Shown here: piece by piece, positions 40,984-52,736 of the stretch | Layout: the number at the start of each line of letters is the position of its first letter | How positions within the stretch are numbered: position 1 is the stretch's first letter | Assembly (NCBI GenBank): GCA_035221665.1 | Contig: CM069164.1 | Location: forward strand, 18,414,001-18,478,000 | Direction of reading: 5' to 3' | Length of the DNA stretch: 64,000 nucleotides | Source: Okamejei kenojei | Lineage: Eukaryota | Position numbers and translations under genes: made by a program | Notes under the pieces: model-generated | The model's database searches: none | Seen by the model: the letters and a program-made list of their open reading frames with translations, nothing else | What the model was told of the DNA's origin: nothing

Positions 40984-43849
40984 ACATGTGCCAGGCTTTT
41001 AGAGAGTGTTATCATAAATTATGTATATTGGTTGGGCCCTACTTTCTTTTCTCTCCTTCCCAGTTCTGAGGAAGGGTTTTTGACCTGAAACATTAGCAGT
41101 GTTTCACTTCTCACAGATGCAGCCCGAACTGCTGAGTATTTCCAACATTTTCCATATTTATTTCAGTGCACACTGGCACTAATAGTTGGGTCAAATGACC
41201 CGTTTCCACACTACATCACACTATGATTGTTGACAGATATTGGGAATTCAGCATTTGCATTAATCTACATCTGAGATGAACTAGAATTCAATTTAAATGC
41301 TATTTGTCCCAAATGTCCTGGTCTTGGATCCTCCAAATCCTAAACATTTTGCCTGAGATTTTAGTTTGATTTCACTAATACAATAAAACGTTATATCTCG
41401 AAATAACGCTAGAACCACATTTTACCTCAATTACATCTCTATCAAAAATGACAAAAATCCTATGCTCTGTGCACTCAAAACTCTCTTGCTTAATAATGTT
41501 TTTACTGTCTACAAAAATGTCAATGATTCACTATCCCCCAAAGTCTGCCTATCCTACAACCATCATACAAGTGGCACATAATTTCTAGTTTATATTCTCC
41601 TCTTCTCTTCCCCTTCCCATCCACAATGACCTATAAACAGCTATAAATTTGAGCAATAAACAGGCATTGTGCCACACCACATCATGGTTATCTTTGTCAT
41701 TAATAAAAGGGCACAAGATTAGAGGGCATAGAAGAGTGTAGCAGAGGAACAGCCCCATTGCATGCCCCATATCCCTCCACTGCCTGGATGTTCAACTGTC
41801 TATCCAAAAGCCTCTTAAATGCCACTATCATATCTGCGTCCAACACCACCCCCTGGGTGCATTTAACAGGTTTTATTGAGTTAAATAAACACTTGGTATC
41901 AGAAACACACCCCTCCCCCACTCTCCCTGCAGCTAAACCAACTTTCTTTTCTCTCCTTCCCAGTTCTGAGGAAGAGGTTTTGACCTTAAACATTAGCTAT
42001 GTTTCACTTCCCACAGATGCAGCCTGACCTGCTGAGTATATCCATATTTATTTTGGTGCACCATTACACACTGGCAAACAAGACTTCAAATCTTAAGCAA
42101 AAAAAAAAGTGTTGAGGGAACTCAGCAGGCAGTGTCGGTGGAGGGAGAAAGGATTGACAATGTTTCAGGTCAAGACTTCTTCAATTCTTAAGTCTTCATG
42201 AAACAAGAATCTCCAAGATCAATAATTTAAAACTTTTTTTTTTCAATTCAAAGTTGGGCCAAAGAGTAATTCGGTATGTTTAAAATGGGACGTCTGAAAG
42301 AAGGGAAAAAATCTTAATATATCAGTGTTTGTTTAGTGATCAACCATTAGCGGCTTAAGTTACGAAGTTGGGAGGTACCATGTGCTCAATCTCTGCAACC
42401 ACAACCTCTACAGGCGACAAAAATAGACAATCCAAAGTACAAATAAATCGAGGACCAGCTCACTGAAGAATCGATGTAAAATCACTGCAGGGGGCCACTA
42501 CAATGGCGGTAACCCTTTACTGAGCTTTTATATGGGGGCAGAAAACTCAAATAAAATCAGAATTAAATGGACAACACTCTTGTAAAAACGTGTTATTATT
42601 TTGATTCTAAACATCAAGTCGATAGAAAAGACTTGTTCCAATCTGAAGTCGCAACCGGTTGCCATACAAGCAAGGCTTCGCACAAGATGTTTGCTAATTT
42701 TACAAGCTTGTCAAAAAGGAGTCTGAACAGGCGAAGTCGTAAAAGTCTGATTTTACGAGAAATCATTAGCAACGGGTTGCCCGTGTGTATCAATAAGCTC
42801 TCGCCGACTTTTCTTTCTTTAAAAAAAGTTTTGAACCTCTTTTTTCTGTAGCTACTCCCGACAAACCACGTGTGGAGTACTGAGTACCTCTAGTTTGAAC
42901 ACTCAACTCTTACAAACATTCAAGGACAGTCATCGCTACAGCAGCGCGACGCTGTGTCGACGATACAAATGGAAAGGTTTTCTAAGAGTTCTTGAGCTCC
43001 ACCGTAAACTCAAGGGGACCGACTGACTGGCTAACGTGCACTACGATATATTTTCATTAAGTACACTCAAGATGCCCACTCAAGAAGAGCTTCGGTGTTG
43101 CCACTCTTTCCGTTCGTTTTATTTTAATTCACAACATGCATCTTATGCCAATCTGTCTGCCTGCTTGTCTTTCAGTCAGCCTAACTTTGCACAGAGATCG
43201 CTGTCCATATCTTGGGGAGGAATGAGGGAAGAAGTGATCACAGCGAAGAAGGAAGGAACAAACCAAGATATAACGAATTTTTAATTTGTTGATATATTTG
43301 TCAACATTAGGCGACAGCAGTTGGGAATCGGTTTGGAAGTCCCGAGTGCATTTGGTGTACGTGATCAAGAACAGTGCTCTTCAACTGATCAATTCTTGGC
43401 ATCAATACAAATCTGTACAGATCCCCCTCTCTCCCTCCCTCCCCGACTTGAATTAATCAGTTCAGGCTCTGGGATGCAAATGAATCCTTCCGTTAAAGAC
43501 AATATAACGCGACAGGAGATCACACAGTACTGTTGAAAGGAAAATAAAACACATTTCGCCTCTTTTCCCTCAAAACAATTCCTCTCGCTCTCAAAATAAA
43601 ATTTGCCAAGACCATCAAACACTTCTAAAACTTAAAAAAGATTACTTTTAGCTTAGCGATGGATTAATCTCATCGACGTTTGGCGTGTATTTAAAACGAT
43701 CCCCAACAATGTTTACAAATACCAAGCGTCATCTCGCGAACTCTCCCAGTTGGGATCAATTCACCGTTTAATTTTAAGGGGGCAAAACTCCCAAACAAAA
43801 AAATGCTAAATCGCTTCATGGACGGCCACAAAAAAAAGTGAGTCCGTCC

Positions 43850-44800
43850 CAATGAAGAGGAGTCAGCGTGGCCGGAGACCCCACGCTGTGTCAGAGAGGG
43901 AGGGGGGGGGTGGGGATGGGCATTGACTCTTATCTCACAAAGTGGATGTGAGCAGGAAAATCGAAATAAATAAATGCACGTGGGTGAGACGCGGCGCCGA
44001 TACAATTTGTAACAAGAAACACTGTAGCCAACGACCTTCCGCAACTCAACTTTGGCAACAATGTAGCCGAAGGTGTGTTTGAGCGCGGCGGAGAACAACA
44101 CACAAAAGCTCGTCCGTGCGGACACTGCCGGCCATTAAGTGGCTGCAGAGATGAGTAACCCCCCACCCCTCCTTCCTTCCCTCCCCTCCCTCTCCTTCCT
44201 TCTGCCAGGAGCCCGCGAACGCAACCCACCCCTCCCGGGAACCGACCCCCGCCATCTGCAGCATCTGGAGTGGGCAAGAAGCCGGTCACAATGGCTGGAG
44301 AGGCGAGGGCCAGGTAGCAGGACAGTCCAGTGCACTGGTCAACTCCTTCACAGCGGCCACATCAAACCCTCCTTCTCCACAACACTCACGTTTGTTTTCG
44401 TTGTTGCCCCCAAAAAATTCCCACTCACCTGAAATAGGGAGCAGCAGGGCTATCACCACAGTCCCAACACAAGTCCTCCGTTTAGAAATCTCCATTTAAT
44501 CCTCCTTTTCTTCACTCATGCTCCCTACTCCGACTCTTCCTTCTGATCTGCGGCAGCTCCGGGCGCCGCAGCTCTCACTCGCTGCGGACTCTTTGCAGAG
44601 GGAGCACGCACACGCGCGGCGGTGCTCCGGCCGACCGAAGCACCCGCCTCCCGCAGCTTCGTCCGCCGGGGCAGTGCGCACTACTTTCTATGGGCGAGAG
44701 GAGGGGGGGGGGGGTACAGAGGGAGTGGGCATGCAGTAGCAAGGCAGTGGGCCGACGCCAGCGTGAAAGCAGCACAGTGTTGGGGGGCACCGACCAAACT
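43850..44800 (-). promoter_or_regulatory. CpG island / promoter and 5' UTR of PRTG
   Basis: Marked local CpG and GC enrichment around exon 1; GC box (GGGAGGCGGG) and NRF1-like GCGCGTGTGCG / TGCGCA motifs upstream of the ATG; transcription start not determinable. Confidence 0.7.
44429..44495 (-). CDS. PRTG: Protogenin coding exon 1 (signal peptide MEISKRRTCVGTVVIALLLPIS-G)
   Basis: ATG at 44495-44493; basic then hydrophobic signal-peptide pattern; donor AG|GTGAGT (GT at 44428-44427); 67 nt, phase 1, joins exon 2 in frame (G+GC=Gly); lies in a CpG island. Confidence 0.88.
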
Positions 44801-45020
44801 ACCAGGGAACAGATCAAGGAAGCATCGAGTTTCAAGGGCCAATAATGTTTTATTATTATCTGTCCATAAATGGAACAATAAAATTCTTACTTGTAGCAGC
44901 AGCAGCAGCAGGTTTGTAAATACAGTACTCAATATAACAAGCAAACCAAAACAAAAATCAGTATAATAAAAAAAATAATATCATGCAAAAATAAAACTTA
45001 GCCCAAAGTCCCTAGTGCGA

Positions 45021-45192
45021 TAGAAACATATAAAATAGGTGGAGTAGGCCACTCAGCCCTTCGAGCCAGCACTGCCATTCAATATGATCATGGCTGATCA
45101 TCTAAAATCAATACCCCATTCTTGCTTCCCCCCACACCCCCATACCCCTTGATTCCTTTAACCCTAAGAGCTAAATCGAACTCTCTTGAAAA
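45021..45192 (-). mobile_element. CR1 3' tail
   Basis: Reverse complement of the 13620-13790 type sequence. Confidence 0.75.
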
Positions 45193-45194
45193 CT

Positions 45195-45480
45195 GGCAGT
45201 TCATAATTTTGAGGGTAGTTGGAGCTCATTGTGTTCAATAGCCTGATGGTTGTTGGGAAGAAGCTAATCCTGATCCAGGATGTACCAATGTTCAGACTCC
45301 TATATCTTCTTCCCGATGGCAGGATTGTCATATGCACACACATGGTGAGGTACCAGTACAATGAGCCACTTGCTTGCGGCAGCATCGCAGACTCATGGAC
45401 TCAGGCAAACACACAAAAAGATAAATTAATCAGAAGTCATACAGAAATACTATATGTAGTGAAAAGAAAAAAAGACTGTG
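45195..45480 (-). mobile_element. Rex/Babar LINE 3' fragments
   Basis: LPSGRRYRSLNIGTSWIRISFFPTTIRLLN C-terminal motif. Confidence 0.7.
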
Positions 45481-45806
45481 CAAAGACTAGTGCTGGGGAT
45501 GAACTAGGGCAAGTGGCTGAAGAAAGACACAGAATGCTGGAGTAATCCAATGGAAAATGTGGAAAACAAGGATAGGTGATGTTTTGGGTCGGGACTGTAA
45601 TCTTCGCGACAGGCACTTCTGACTGTGTGACCTCTGACTAGTAAAAGGGTGGTCACAGAAATATTAGGTTCCCTTGAAGATCAGCATGGCCGTCTTTATT
45701 TAGAACCACGTGATGGGGAGATATTAAATTAATATTTCTCATCCATTTTTATTGAGAAAATCATGGAAGCTACGGAATTGAGGCATTAAGTTGTGCTGTC
45801 TTAGAT

Positions 45807-46556
45807 CAATACAATACAATACAATAATACTTTATTAGCCAAGTATCTTTTGCAACTTACGAGGAATTTCATTTGCCAAGTCAGTCATATAAGTAAAAAG
45901 CAATGGAACACACAAAATACATTTTAACATAAACATCCACCACAGTGACTCCTCCACTGTGATGGAAGGCGAAAAAAAGTTCCATCTCTTCCCTTCTTTG
46001 GTCTCGCACGGTCGGAGGCCTCGAGCCTTCCGTTGACGGGACGATCTTGACTCCTGTATCCGGCAGCATTTGGGCCCTCCGCGTCGGGGCGACCAAGCTC
46101 CCACATTGGGGGGGATGTCAGCTCCCTAGCCGAGTGGTCGGACCCCAGGTCAGGGCTGGTCAAACATTCTGCGTCATTGGAGCTCCCAACATCCACAGTC
46201 TCTACCAGAGACTGCGAGCTCTCGATGGTAAAATCCGCAGGCCGCGGTTGGAGCGATCCCAGGCAAGGGGTCCGCTCCGATGTTAAGTCTACGCCCCGCG
46301 GTGGAGTTCAAAGTCAGTCGCGAGCAAGGCCTCCAGCTCCACGATGTTAGCCGCAGAGTGACCGGAGATAAGATCCGGAAAACAATCGCATCTCTGGCAA
46401 GGTAAGAGATTGAAAAAAAGTTTCCCCTCCCCCCACATAGAACAAATTGGAGAACATTTATACAAACTTTTTAAACACACTAAAAATAACAAAACAGGAT
46501 GAAAAAACAGACAAGACAGTTGTCAGGGCTGCCAATCGTGCGGTGTCCCTGGTGGT
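45807..46556 (-). mobile_element. About 750-bp unclassified non-coding retroposon-like repeat, copy 1
   Basis: Colinear with 53194-53948; ends GCTAATAAA plus (TATTG)n. Confidence 0.7.
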
Positions 46557-46589
46557 AACATATACAAATTACCAAATAGGTTATAGAGG

Positions 46590-46900
46590 TTTTAAAACAT
46601 GGCAAAGAGGATAAATCCCCCGGGCCTGACCAAATGTATCCTCAGAACTTGTGGGAAGCTTGAGTAGAAATTGCAGAAGTCTTTGCAGAGCCACTTACAT
46701 CAGCTTTAGCCACAGGTGAAGTTCAGTCAGATTGGAGGGTGGCTAATGTTGTACCATTACCAAGGTCAACTGGAGGATTGACGAGAGTAGGGCAGCAGAT
46801 GTTTTCTATATGGGCTTGAGCAAGGCCTTGGACAAGGTCGTGCATAGGAGGCTAAGCTGGAAGGTAAGATCACTTGAAATCGAAGGTGAGCTGATCAATT
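46590..46900 (+). mobile_element. Degraded CR1 ORF2 internal fragment
   Basis: KSPGPDQMYP...ATGEVQSDWRVANVVPL...SKALDKV motifs. Confidence 0.7.
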
Positions 46901-47334
46901 GTGAATAGCAGGCAGTGTAATTGGTATTCTAATGTGAATGAATGAATGAATGAATAAATGAATTAATAAGTCTATTGGCCAAGTATTCACATACAAGGAA
47001 TTTGTCCTGGTGCTCCGCCCACAAGTGACGATATGACTTACGGTGACAGTTAGGAATGTCACATAACACATGAAATATTAATAATAAAACATTAATAATA
47101 ATGTGAGGATATAATCAGGCAATGTTCTAAATTTTTGTCCCCAATTATTACAGGAAGACCACAACCATAAAACAAACTCAGTGTAGCAGAGAATTGAGAT
47201 AAACTTTAATGCCTCTATTTATTAAAACTCTACTGCATTCCCACCAATGTTCTTCAAGCCTTTCTTAATGCAACCCATGCACTATTGCTCCTCTTCTATC
47301 TTTTTCTCTACTGTTTAGTAAAGTGGTGAAGTGA

Positions 47335-47770
47335 ATGAGACGATAGAGTTGTGGATGCAGCCCAGTCCCTAAAACAAAACTGTTTTTTTCTTCCCCCTCC
47401 AACCACCATAAACACTTCATGCTGCCTCAGGAAAACAGCCAATATTTTCAAGGACCGCTCACATTTATGTCATTCCCTCTTCTCCCCTTTCCCATCAGGC
47501 AGAAAATGCAATGATTTAGAAATGCCATTCCACCAGATTCAAGGTAAGCTCCATCCACTCTGTTATCAGTTCTTGAATGGACCTCCCATGTGCTAAGGAT
47601 GTATTCCTGTTCTTCCAATCTACTTTGTTAGGGCCCTTGCACTCATTATTTTCATTTCTCTGGAGCAGTAACACTATATACTGCAGTGTTTATTTTCTCT
47701 TCCGAGCTACCAATTGCACTTATGTATGTATGATTGCACTCATGTATGGTATGATCTGCCTAGATACAAA
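47335..47770 (+). mobile_element. Degraded Rex/Babar 3' fragment
   Basis: CLRKTANIFKDRSHLCHSLFSPFPSGRK motif. Confidence 0.65.
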
Positions 47771-49091
47771 ACAAAGTATTAATCACCACGCACTGGAGGA
47801 CTCAGCAAGTCTGGCTGTATTTGTGGAAGGAATGGACAGGCAACATTTGTGGTCAGGATTTTCTTCAGACTGATTGGAGTAGAAGTGATGAAGCTGGAAA
47901 AGAGAGATGAGGCGAGACAAAGCCTGGCAAGTGATAGGCGAAGGAAGGAACAGCAGATGCTGGTTTAAACCGAAGATAGACACAAAATGCTGGATCAACT
48001 CAGCGAGTCAGGCAGCATCTCTGGAGAAAAGAAATAAGTGATGTTTATTTCGGGTCGAGACCCTTCTTCAAGGGTTTGATTGGCAGATGGGTGCAGTAGG
48101 TGACAAAGGTGAGAGGAAACGGATGTTTGACCTGATAAAGGATTCAATGAGAGGCCACTTTCTGTTGAAGAGCGCTCAAGCTAAAATCACTAAATTTCAA
48201 GAAAAGAGATAAATGAAAGGACAAAGGTTTAAAGTAGGGAACTAGAATCGAATGGACCACTAAAGAGCTGGCAGAGGCATGGGGGCCAATTGGCATCCTT
48301 CTGTACTCTTTCAGTCTCTCACAACAGGAGACTTTTTTAAAGAGAAATTGGCTTTGATGTAGCAGATAATATTTCAAGATTTACTTAATCTAGTTATTTC
48401 TATTTTTAGGGAATTAGTCATTGTGGTCGGCAAAAGAAGTGTGCGGTTAAACATTAGCAACATGTGACGGACGTGTTGTGAGGCAGCGATCCAGAAGATT
48501 TTCAGTCCCATTTGCAGGATCGAACCCGGGTCTCCGGCGCTGCATTCGCTGTAAAGCAGCAACTCTATCGCTGCGCCCCATGCCATAATAAGTTACAAAT
48601 ATGTTCACAAAGTGTTTTGAATGGGTCTGCAGAAATGCAATGACCCAATATGTTGACTATTTCTCTTCCCATGGATGCTGCCTGTCTTGTTGAATTTTCC
48701 CAGCATTTTTTGGTTTTTACTTCAGATTTCCAGCATCTGCAGTTTTTTTCTAAATTTGTATTCCTTTCTGTGGAATACGCGGAGATTACGTGTTATTATA
48801 ATATTTTTTTCAGTGAAGCTGATAGGTTTAAAGGGAGCCCAGTAAAAAGGACCCAGATCAGTTTAAGGAGAATGTGGGAATGAGGGCTATGATGAGTTTC
48901 AAAGGAGGATAGAAAGATCACCCGATGAATGAGATAGTGAACCACAGGGATATCAAAGTCGTCAGGTAGCGGATTATTGGAGCCTGACTGTATTCTGCTT
49001 TTGGTTTGTAGAATTCCCATTACTATCCTGGCTGAGAAGTTAACCCTATGACAAGAAAGGAGCTGGAACCTGTCAATTTGAATGGCTTAGT

Positions 49092-49334
49092 CACAAAACA
49101 CTAGAGTACCTCAGAGGGTCAGACAGCATCTTTGGCGAAAAGGAATAGGTGACGTTTTGGGTCAAGACTCCTCTTCAGGTTCAGACCCCCCATAGCTCTC
49201 TATCTGAAGAAGGGTCTCGACCTGAAACGTCACCTATTCCTTTCATCCAGAGATGATGCCTGACCTGCTGAGTTACTCCAACATTTTGTGTCCATCTTTG
49301 GTATAAAACAGTATCTGCAGTTCCTTCCTACGCT
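49092..49334. mobile_element. Palindromic Penelope-derived element with intact plus-strand hammerhead core
   Basis: CTGAAGA AGGGTCTCGACCT GAAAC GTC at 49204-49231; imperfect 16-bp TSD ATTTGAATGGCTTAGT / ATTTGAACAGCTTGGT. Confidence 0.75.
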
Positions 49335-49666
49335 ATTTGAACAGCTTGGTAGAGTGCTGTCAATGAAAGGAAATGACAACTACAAGCGCAGGAAATTCTC
49401 AGCTAATCCGACAGCATATGTAAAGGGAGAAACAGAGATTGATCTTCATGTTATTGAAAGGGCTGGAGGGAACAAGCAGAAAAATCTGTGCCTGAATAAG
49501 AGCCAGAAGAGATTAAACGATGCAAGTGGTGAAAGAGGGGGGAAAAGGCTCGCGATGAACGGGACGTGTGTCTGGCAGAAGAAGACAAGTAAACTCGGAC
49601 ATTACCGGCAATGTGTAGAACAAATAAACTGAATGTTGCAAATCTGAGTTATTAGGCTGAACATCT

Positions 49667-49803
49667 TCTTCTTCTTGTGTATGGCGAGCACAGCCTAAAG
49701 TTGTAAGACAACTTGTTCTGTTTGATCTTCTGTTTGTGCACACCAGGTTGATTGCATTCGTCGAAACAGGGTGGACCACGTGAAGGTTGCAATCTCCCAC
49801 CCC
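49667..49803 (-). mobile_element. 137-bp non-autonomous retroelement: HDV-like ribozyme head plus (AAG)n tail, probably RTE-mobilised
   Basis: Exact 11-bp TSD GCTGAACATCT (49656-49666 and 49804-49814); 3' end GCCATACACAAGAAGAAGA; no Pol III A/B boxes seen. Confidence 0.8.
49750..49803 (-). ncRNA. Predicted minimal HDV-like (CPEB3-type) self-cleaving ribozyme, 54 nt
   Basis: Minus strand reads GGGGUGG GA GAUUGCA ACC UUCACGU GGU CCACCCU GU UUCGA CGAA UGCAAUC: P1 7 bp with G1-U wobble, P2 7 bp, P3 3 bp, L3 UUCACGU, J4/2 CGAA with catalytic C at 49760. Confidence 0.85.
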
Positions 49804-49875
49804 GCTGAACATCTGAAATTGTTGAAGTCAATGTTAAGGCTGTACGGTTACAATGTGCTCTGTCAGAATATGAGT

Positions 49876-50100
49876 TGGAAGGAACTGCAGATGCTGGTTG
49901 AAGCCAAAGATAGACACAAAATTCTGGATTAACTCAGCAGGACAGGCAGCATCTCTGGAGAGGATTGGGTGACATTTCGGCTCGAGATCCTTCTTCTGAC
50001 TAGCTAGTCCGAAGAAGGGTTTTGATCCGAAATATCACCCATTCCTTCCCTCCAGAGATGCTGCCGCTGAGTTACCCCAGCAATTTGTGTCTCTCCTTCA
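49876..50100. mobile_element. Palindromic Penelope-derived element (GACTAGCTAGTC centre)
   Basis: Inverted arms; same centre and diagnostic bases as 52492-52725. Confidence 0.75.
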
Positions 50101-51720
50101 GTCATGCTTTTCTCAAACTTACATTGATTTTTATTGGTAGCAGGTCGAAGTCAAAGAGGACAGAGTCAAAGAAGGATGCAGACTTGAATTGCAGAATTAA
50201 TGGGAATCCTACAATTGACAATAGCAATTCTGCAGTTTTTTACTCCTGACTGCTGTGCGATAACAATAGTTGGAAAAATCATTCATTTGGCTTTCAAGCT
50301 TGGGGTGAAAGAGCTTCTTCATGAAAATCTTGTGCTAATCACAAAGGAATTTTCACTTTGAGATTTTCACTCCAGATCAGTTACCTCTCCTAGTAAGAGT
50401 AAGTAAGCAAAGGAATTGAGCTAAAACATTGTGCAATACTTATTCTCTGACTTCATTCAAATATAATTAACTCAGCATTGAAAATTAAGACAACTACATT
50501 TTTGGTGAAAAAATCAATACTTTGATCCCCTTTCAAAATGAAACTATAGCTATGAAATCAGCTACTTGCATCCTTCTGATGAAGTTGTCTAACCATTTTT
50601 ATGTGGGTTCAGAGCCAGCAAAGTTGTGGAACCCACTAATAATGTTTCATGTGGCTGCTGAGGTTTCTGCTGATTACCAAAAGTAAGCAAGATTCCAAAC
50701 GGGTGTTCAATGGCTTAAAGAATCCGCAATGGGTCAAATGCCCCTGTAGAAGAATGCATCCTGAGTTCCAGGGATTCTGCCACTTCATTGAGTGAGGCTC
50801 AAGTTACAGCACCGCAAAATTAGCTTGATTTGTCTCCTCACCAATTTCTGCAGAAGCTTGTCCTCAAACAGAAAGTAATTGGAAATTATCTAGCCTATTC
50901 AAAGCATGCCAGTTCCTCATCTGTTCAAATCAAAATTTTAATCGCAGATCGCAGACAAAATTCACAAATCCTCTGACATATATATCCAATTATTAGTAAG
51001 ACACCCAATGCCACAAACAGCATAGTAATAGACCAAATGTTTTTGCAAGAAATAAAAGCTATTCACATGGTTGAACCTACAACACATTGTATGGAATAAG
51101 CAATGATTGTTTTCTGTTTAAGGGAAGTAATCAAATTAAGAAACAAACATTGATATTATAACCAATGTTACAGTCTGATATATTATGTAGATCTAATAAG
51201 TATCTTACAATTTATCAGACACATGTTATCTGTTTATCAAGCCACTTTATCAGTTCATTTCCTCTAACATCCTTGTGATAAATAACCTTGCTCCAATTCA
51301 CCAATTTACAGTATTTCCCTATAATTATTTTGTGTTCCCTACCACTCTTACAATTTATTTTAAGTCCAAAGATGTAGAATGTAATGGAACAAATATATAT
51401 GCAGGAAATGCAGAGCAAATCTATTACCATTTACTGAAGGAACACATGAAGAATGCTTCAGATACGCAATGCTTCAGGTCCTTCTCTGTTTTCCCAACAG
51501 ATGCAGATTGACCAGCCATGTGCTTTTTCTTTTTGTTTTCTATAACCAACAGGCATTGTTTTTATTTTTTAGCACCTTATTGTCACTAATAAATTATTCT
51601 CTTTCCAACAATTAATGACATAGTACTCATAGCCTCACAGTTTATGAAGGGGCACCACAGGAGATCCATTGTTAGTGACAGGCGAAAATTGATATTGGAA
51701 ATACACACACACCTTAAGAG

Positions 51721-51936
51721 GGTACACAAAAGGCTGGAGAAACTCAGCGGGTGCAGCAGCATCTAAGGAGTGAAGGAGATAGGCGACGTTTCGGGTCGAG
51801 ACCCTTCTTCAGATCATCTCGAAAGGTCGCCTATCTCCTTCGCTCCTTAGATGCTGCTGCACCCGCTGAGTTTCTCCAGCCTTTTGTGTACCGTCGATAC
51901 TCCAGCATCTGCAGTTCCTTCTTTTACACTCTCTTT
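51721..51936. mobile_element. Young palindromic Penelope-derived element
   Basis: Near-perfect inverted arms; exact 13-bp TSD CACACCTTAAGAG (51708-51720, 51937-51949). Confidence 0.8.
51785..51812 (-). ncRNA. Minimal type I hammerhead ribozyme core
   Basis: CUGAAGA-A-GGGUCUCGACCC-GAAAC-GUC: conserved core, paired stem II, loopless palindromic ACGU stem III; stem I weak in this copy. Confidence 0.6.
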
Positions 51937-52491
51937 CACACCTTAAGAGTGTGGGCTGACCACTGAGCCCTTGGCTCTCAAATCCTCATTAGATAAGTAT
52001 TCACAACTTATCTAATCATAGGGAACATTATAGATGATCTAGACATCATTTTCACCTAGTGTTAAGATACACATTTTCCAGGATGAATCACTGGACAAAA
52101 ACAACATCAAGAACTGTTTGCTATGTGGCACCTCTAATTCCAAGTCACCAACAGGACTGTTGCCAAAGATAACTACATGGGAATATAAAAGCACAGAGCA
52201 CATTTAGGTCAGTTAGCCCTTCAAGCTTGCTCCATTCAGTACAATCACCCGTAACCCATCCTTGATTATAACGCCGATTCCACGGAAATCTTGTTTGTCG
52301 AGGCACCACAAGCACACTCAGACAAAAACATCAAAACTAATTATATATAAATTATACATAAATTTCCGCAAGACAGAATAAAAAAGACTGCAAACAAATC
52401 GAGGCATTAGTGCAACACACAATTAGAAGGAAAGCAAATCTACAGTAGTGCAAGAGGTCCACAATGTTCAGTTGTCCAAGTAGTAGTAGGG

Positions 52492-52725
52492 ATGTAGGAA
52501 AATAACTGCTGATGCTGGTTTAAATCGAAGGTAGGCACAAAATGCTGGAGTAACTCAGCGGGACAGGCAGCAATTTAGGAGAGAAGGATTGGGTGACATT
52601 TCGGCTCGAGACCCTTCTTCTGACTAGCTAGTCTGAAGAAGGGTCTCGACCCGAAATGTCACACATTCCTTCTCTCCAGAGATGCTGCCTGTCCTGCTGA
52701 GTTACTCCAGCATTTTGTGTCTACC
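52492..52725. mobile_element. Palindromic Penelope-derived element nested in a Rex/Babar remnant
   Basis: Hammerhead core CTGAAGA...GAAATGTC at 52633-52660; TSD TAGTA(G/A)TAGGG (52481-52491, 52726-52736). Confidence 0.8.
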
Positions 52726-52736
52726 TAGTAATAGGG

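Larger units (their letters stand above)
49400..50300 (-). mobile_element. Old Penelope-like GIY-YIG C-terminus and 3' UTR remnant hosting two younger insertions
   Basis: Minus strand LIF*QSTL*PYSLNIDFNNFR at about 49812-49874, a decayed LIFRLGTLQPxGLNIDF motif. Confidence 0.5.

Noticed and set aside
43691-44966. Cluster of overlapping ORFs
   Set aside because: Expected from GC-rich, stop-poor CpG-island sequence; only exon 1 and the uORF are supported.
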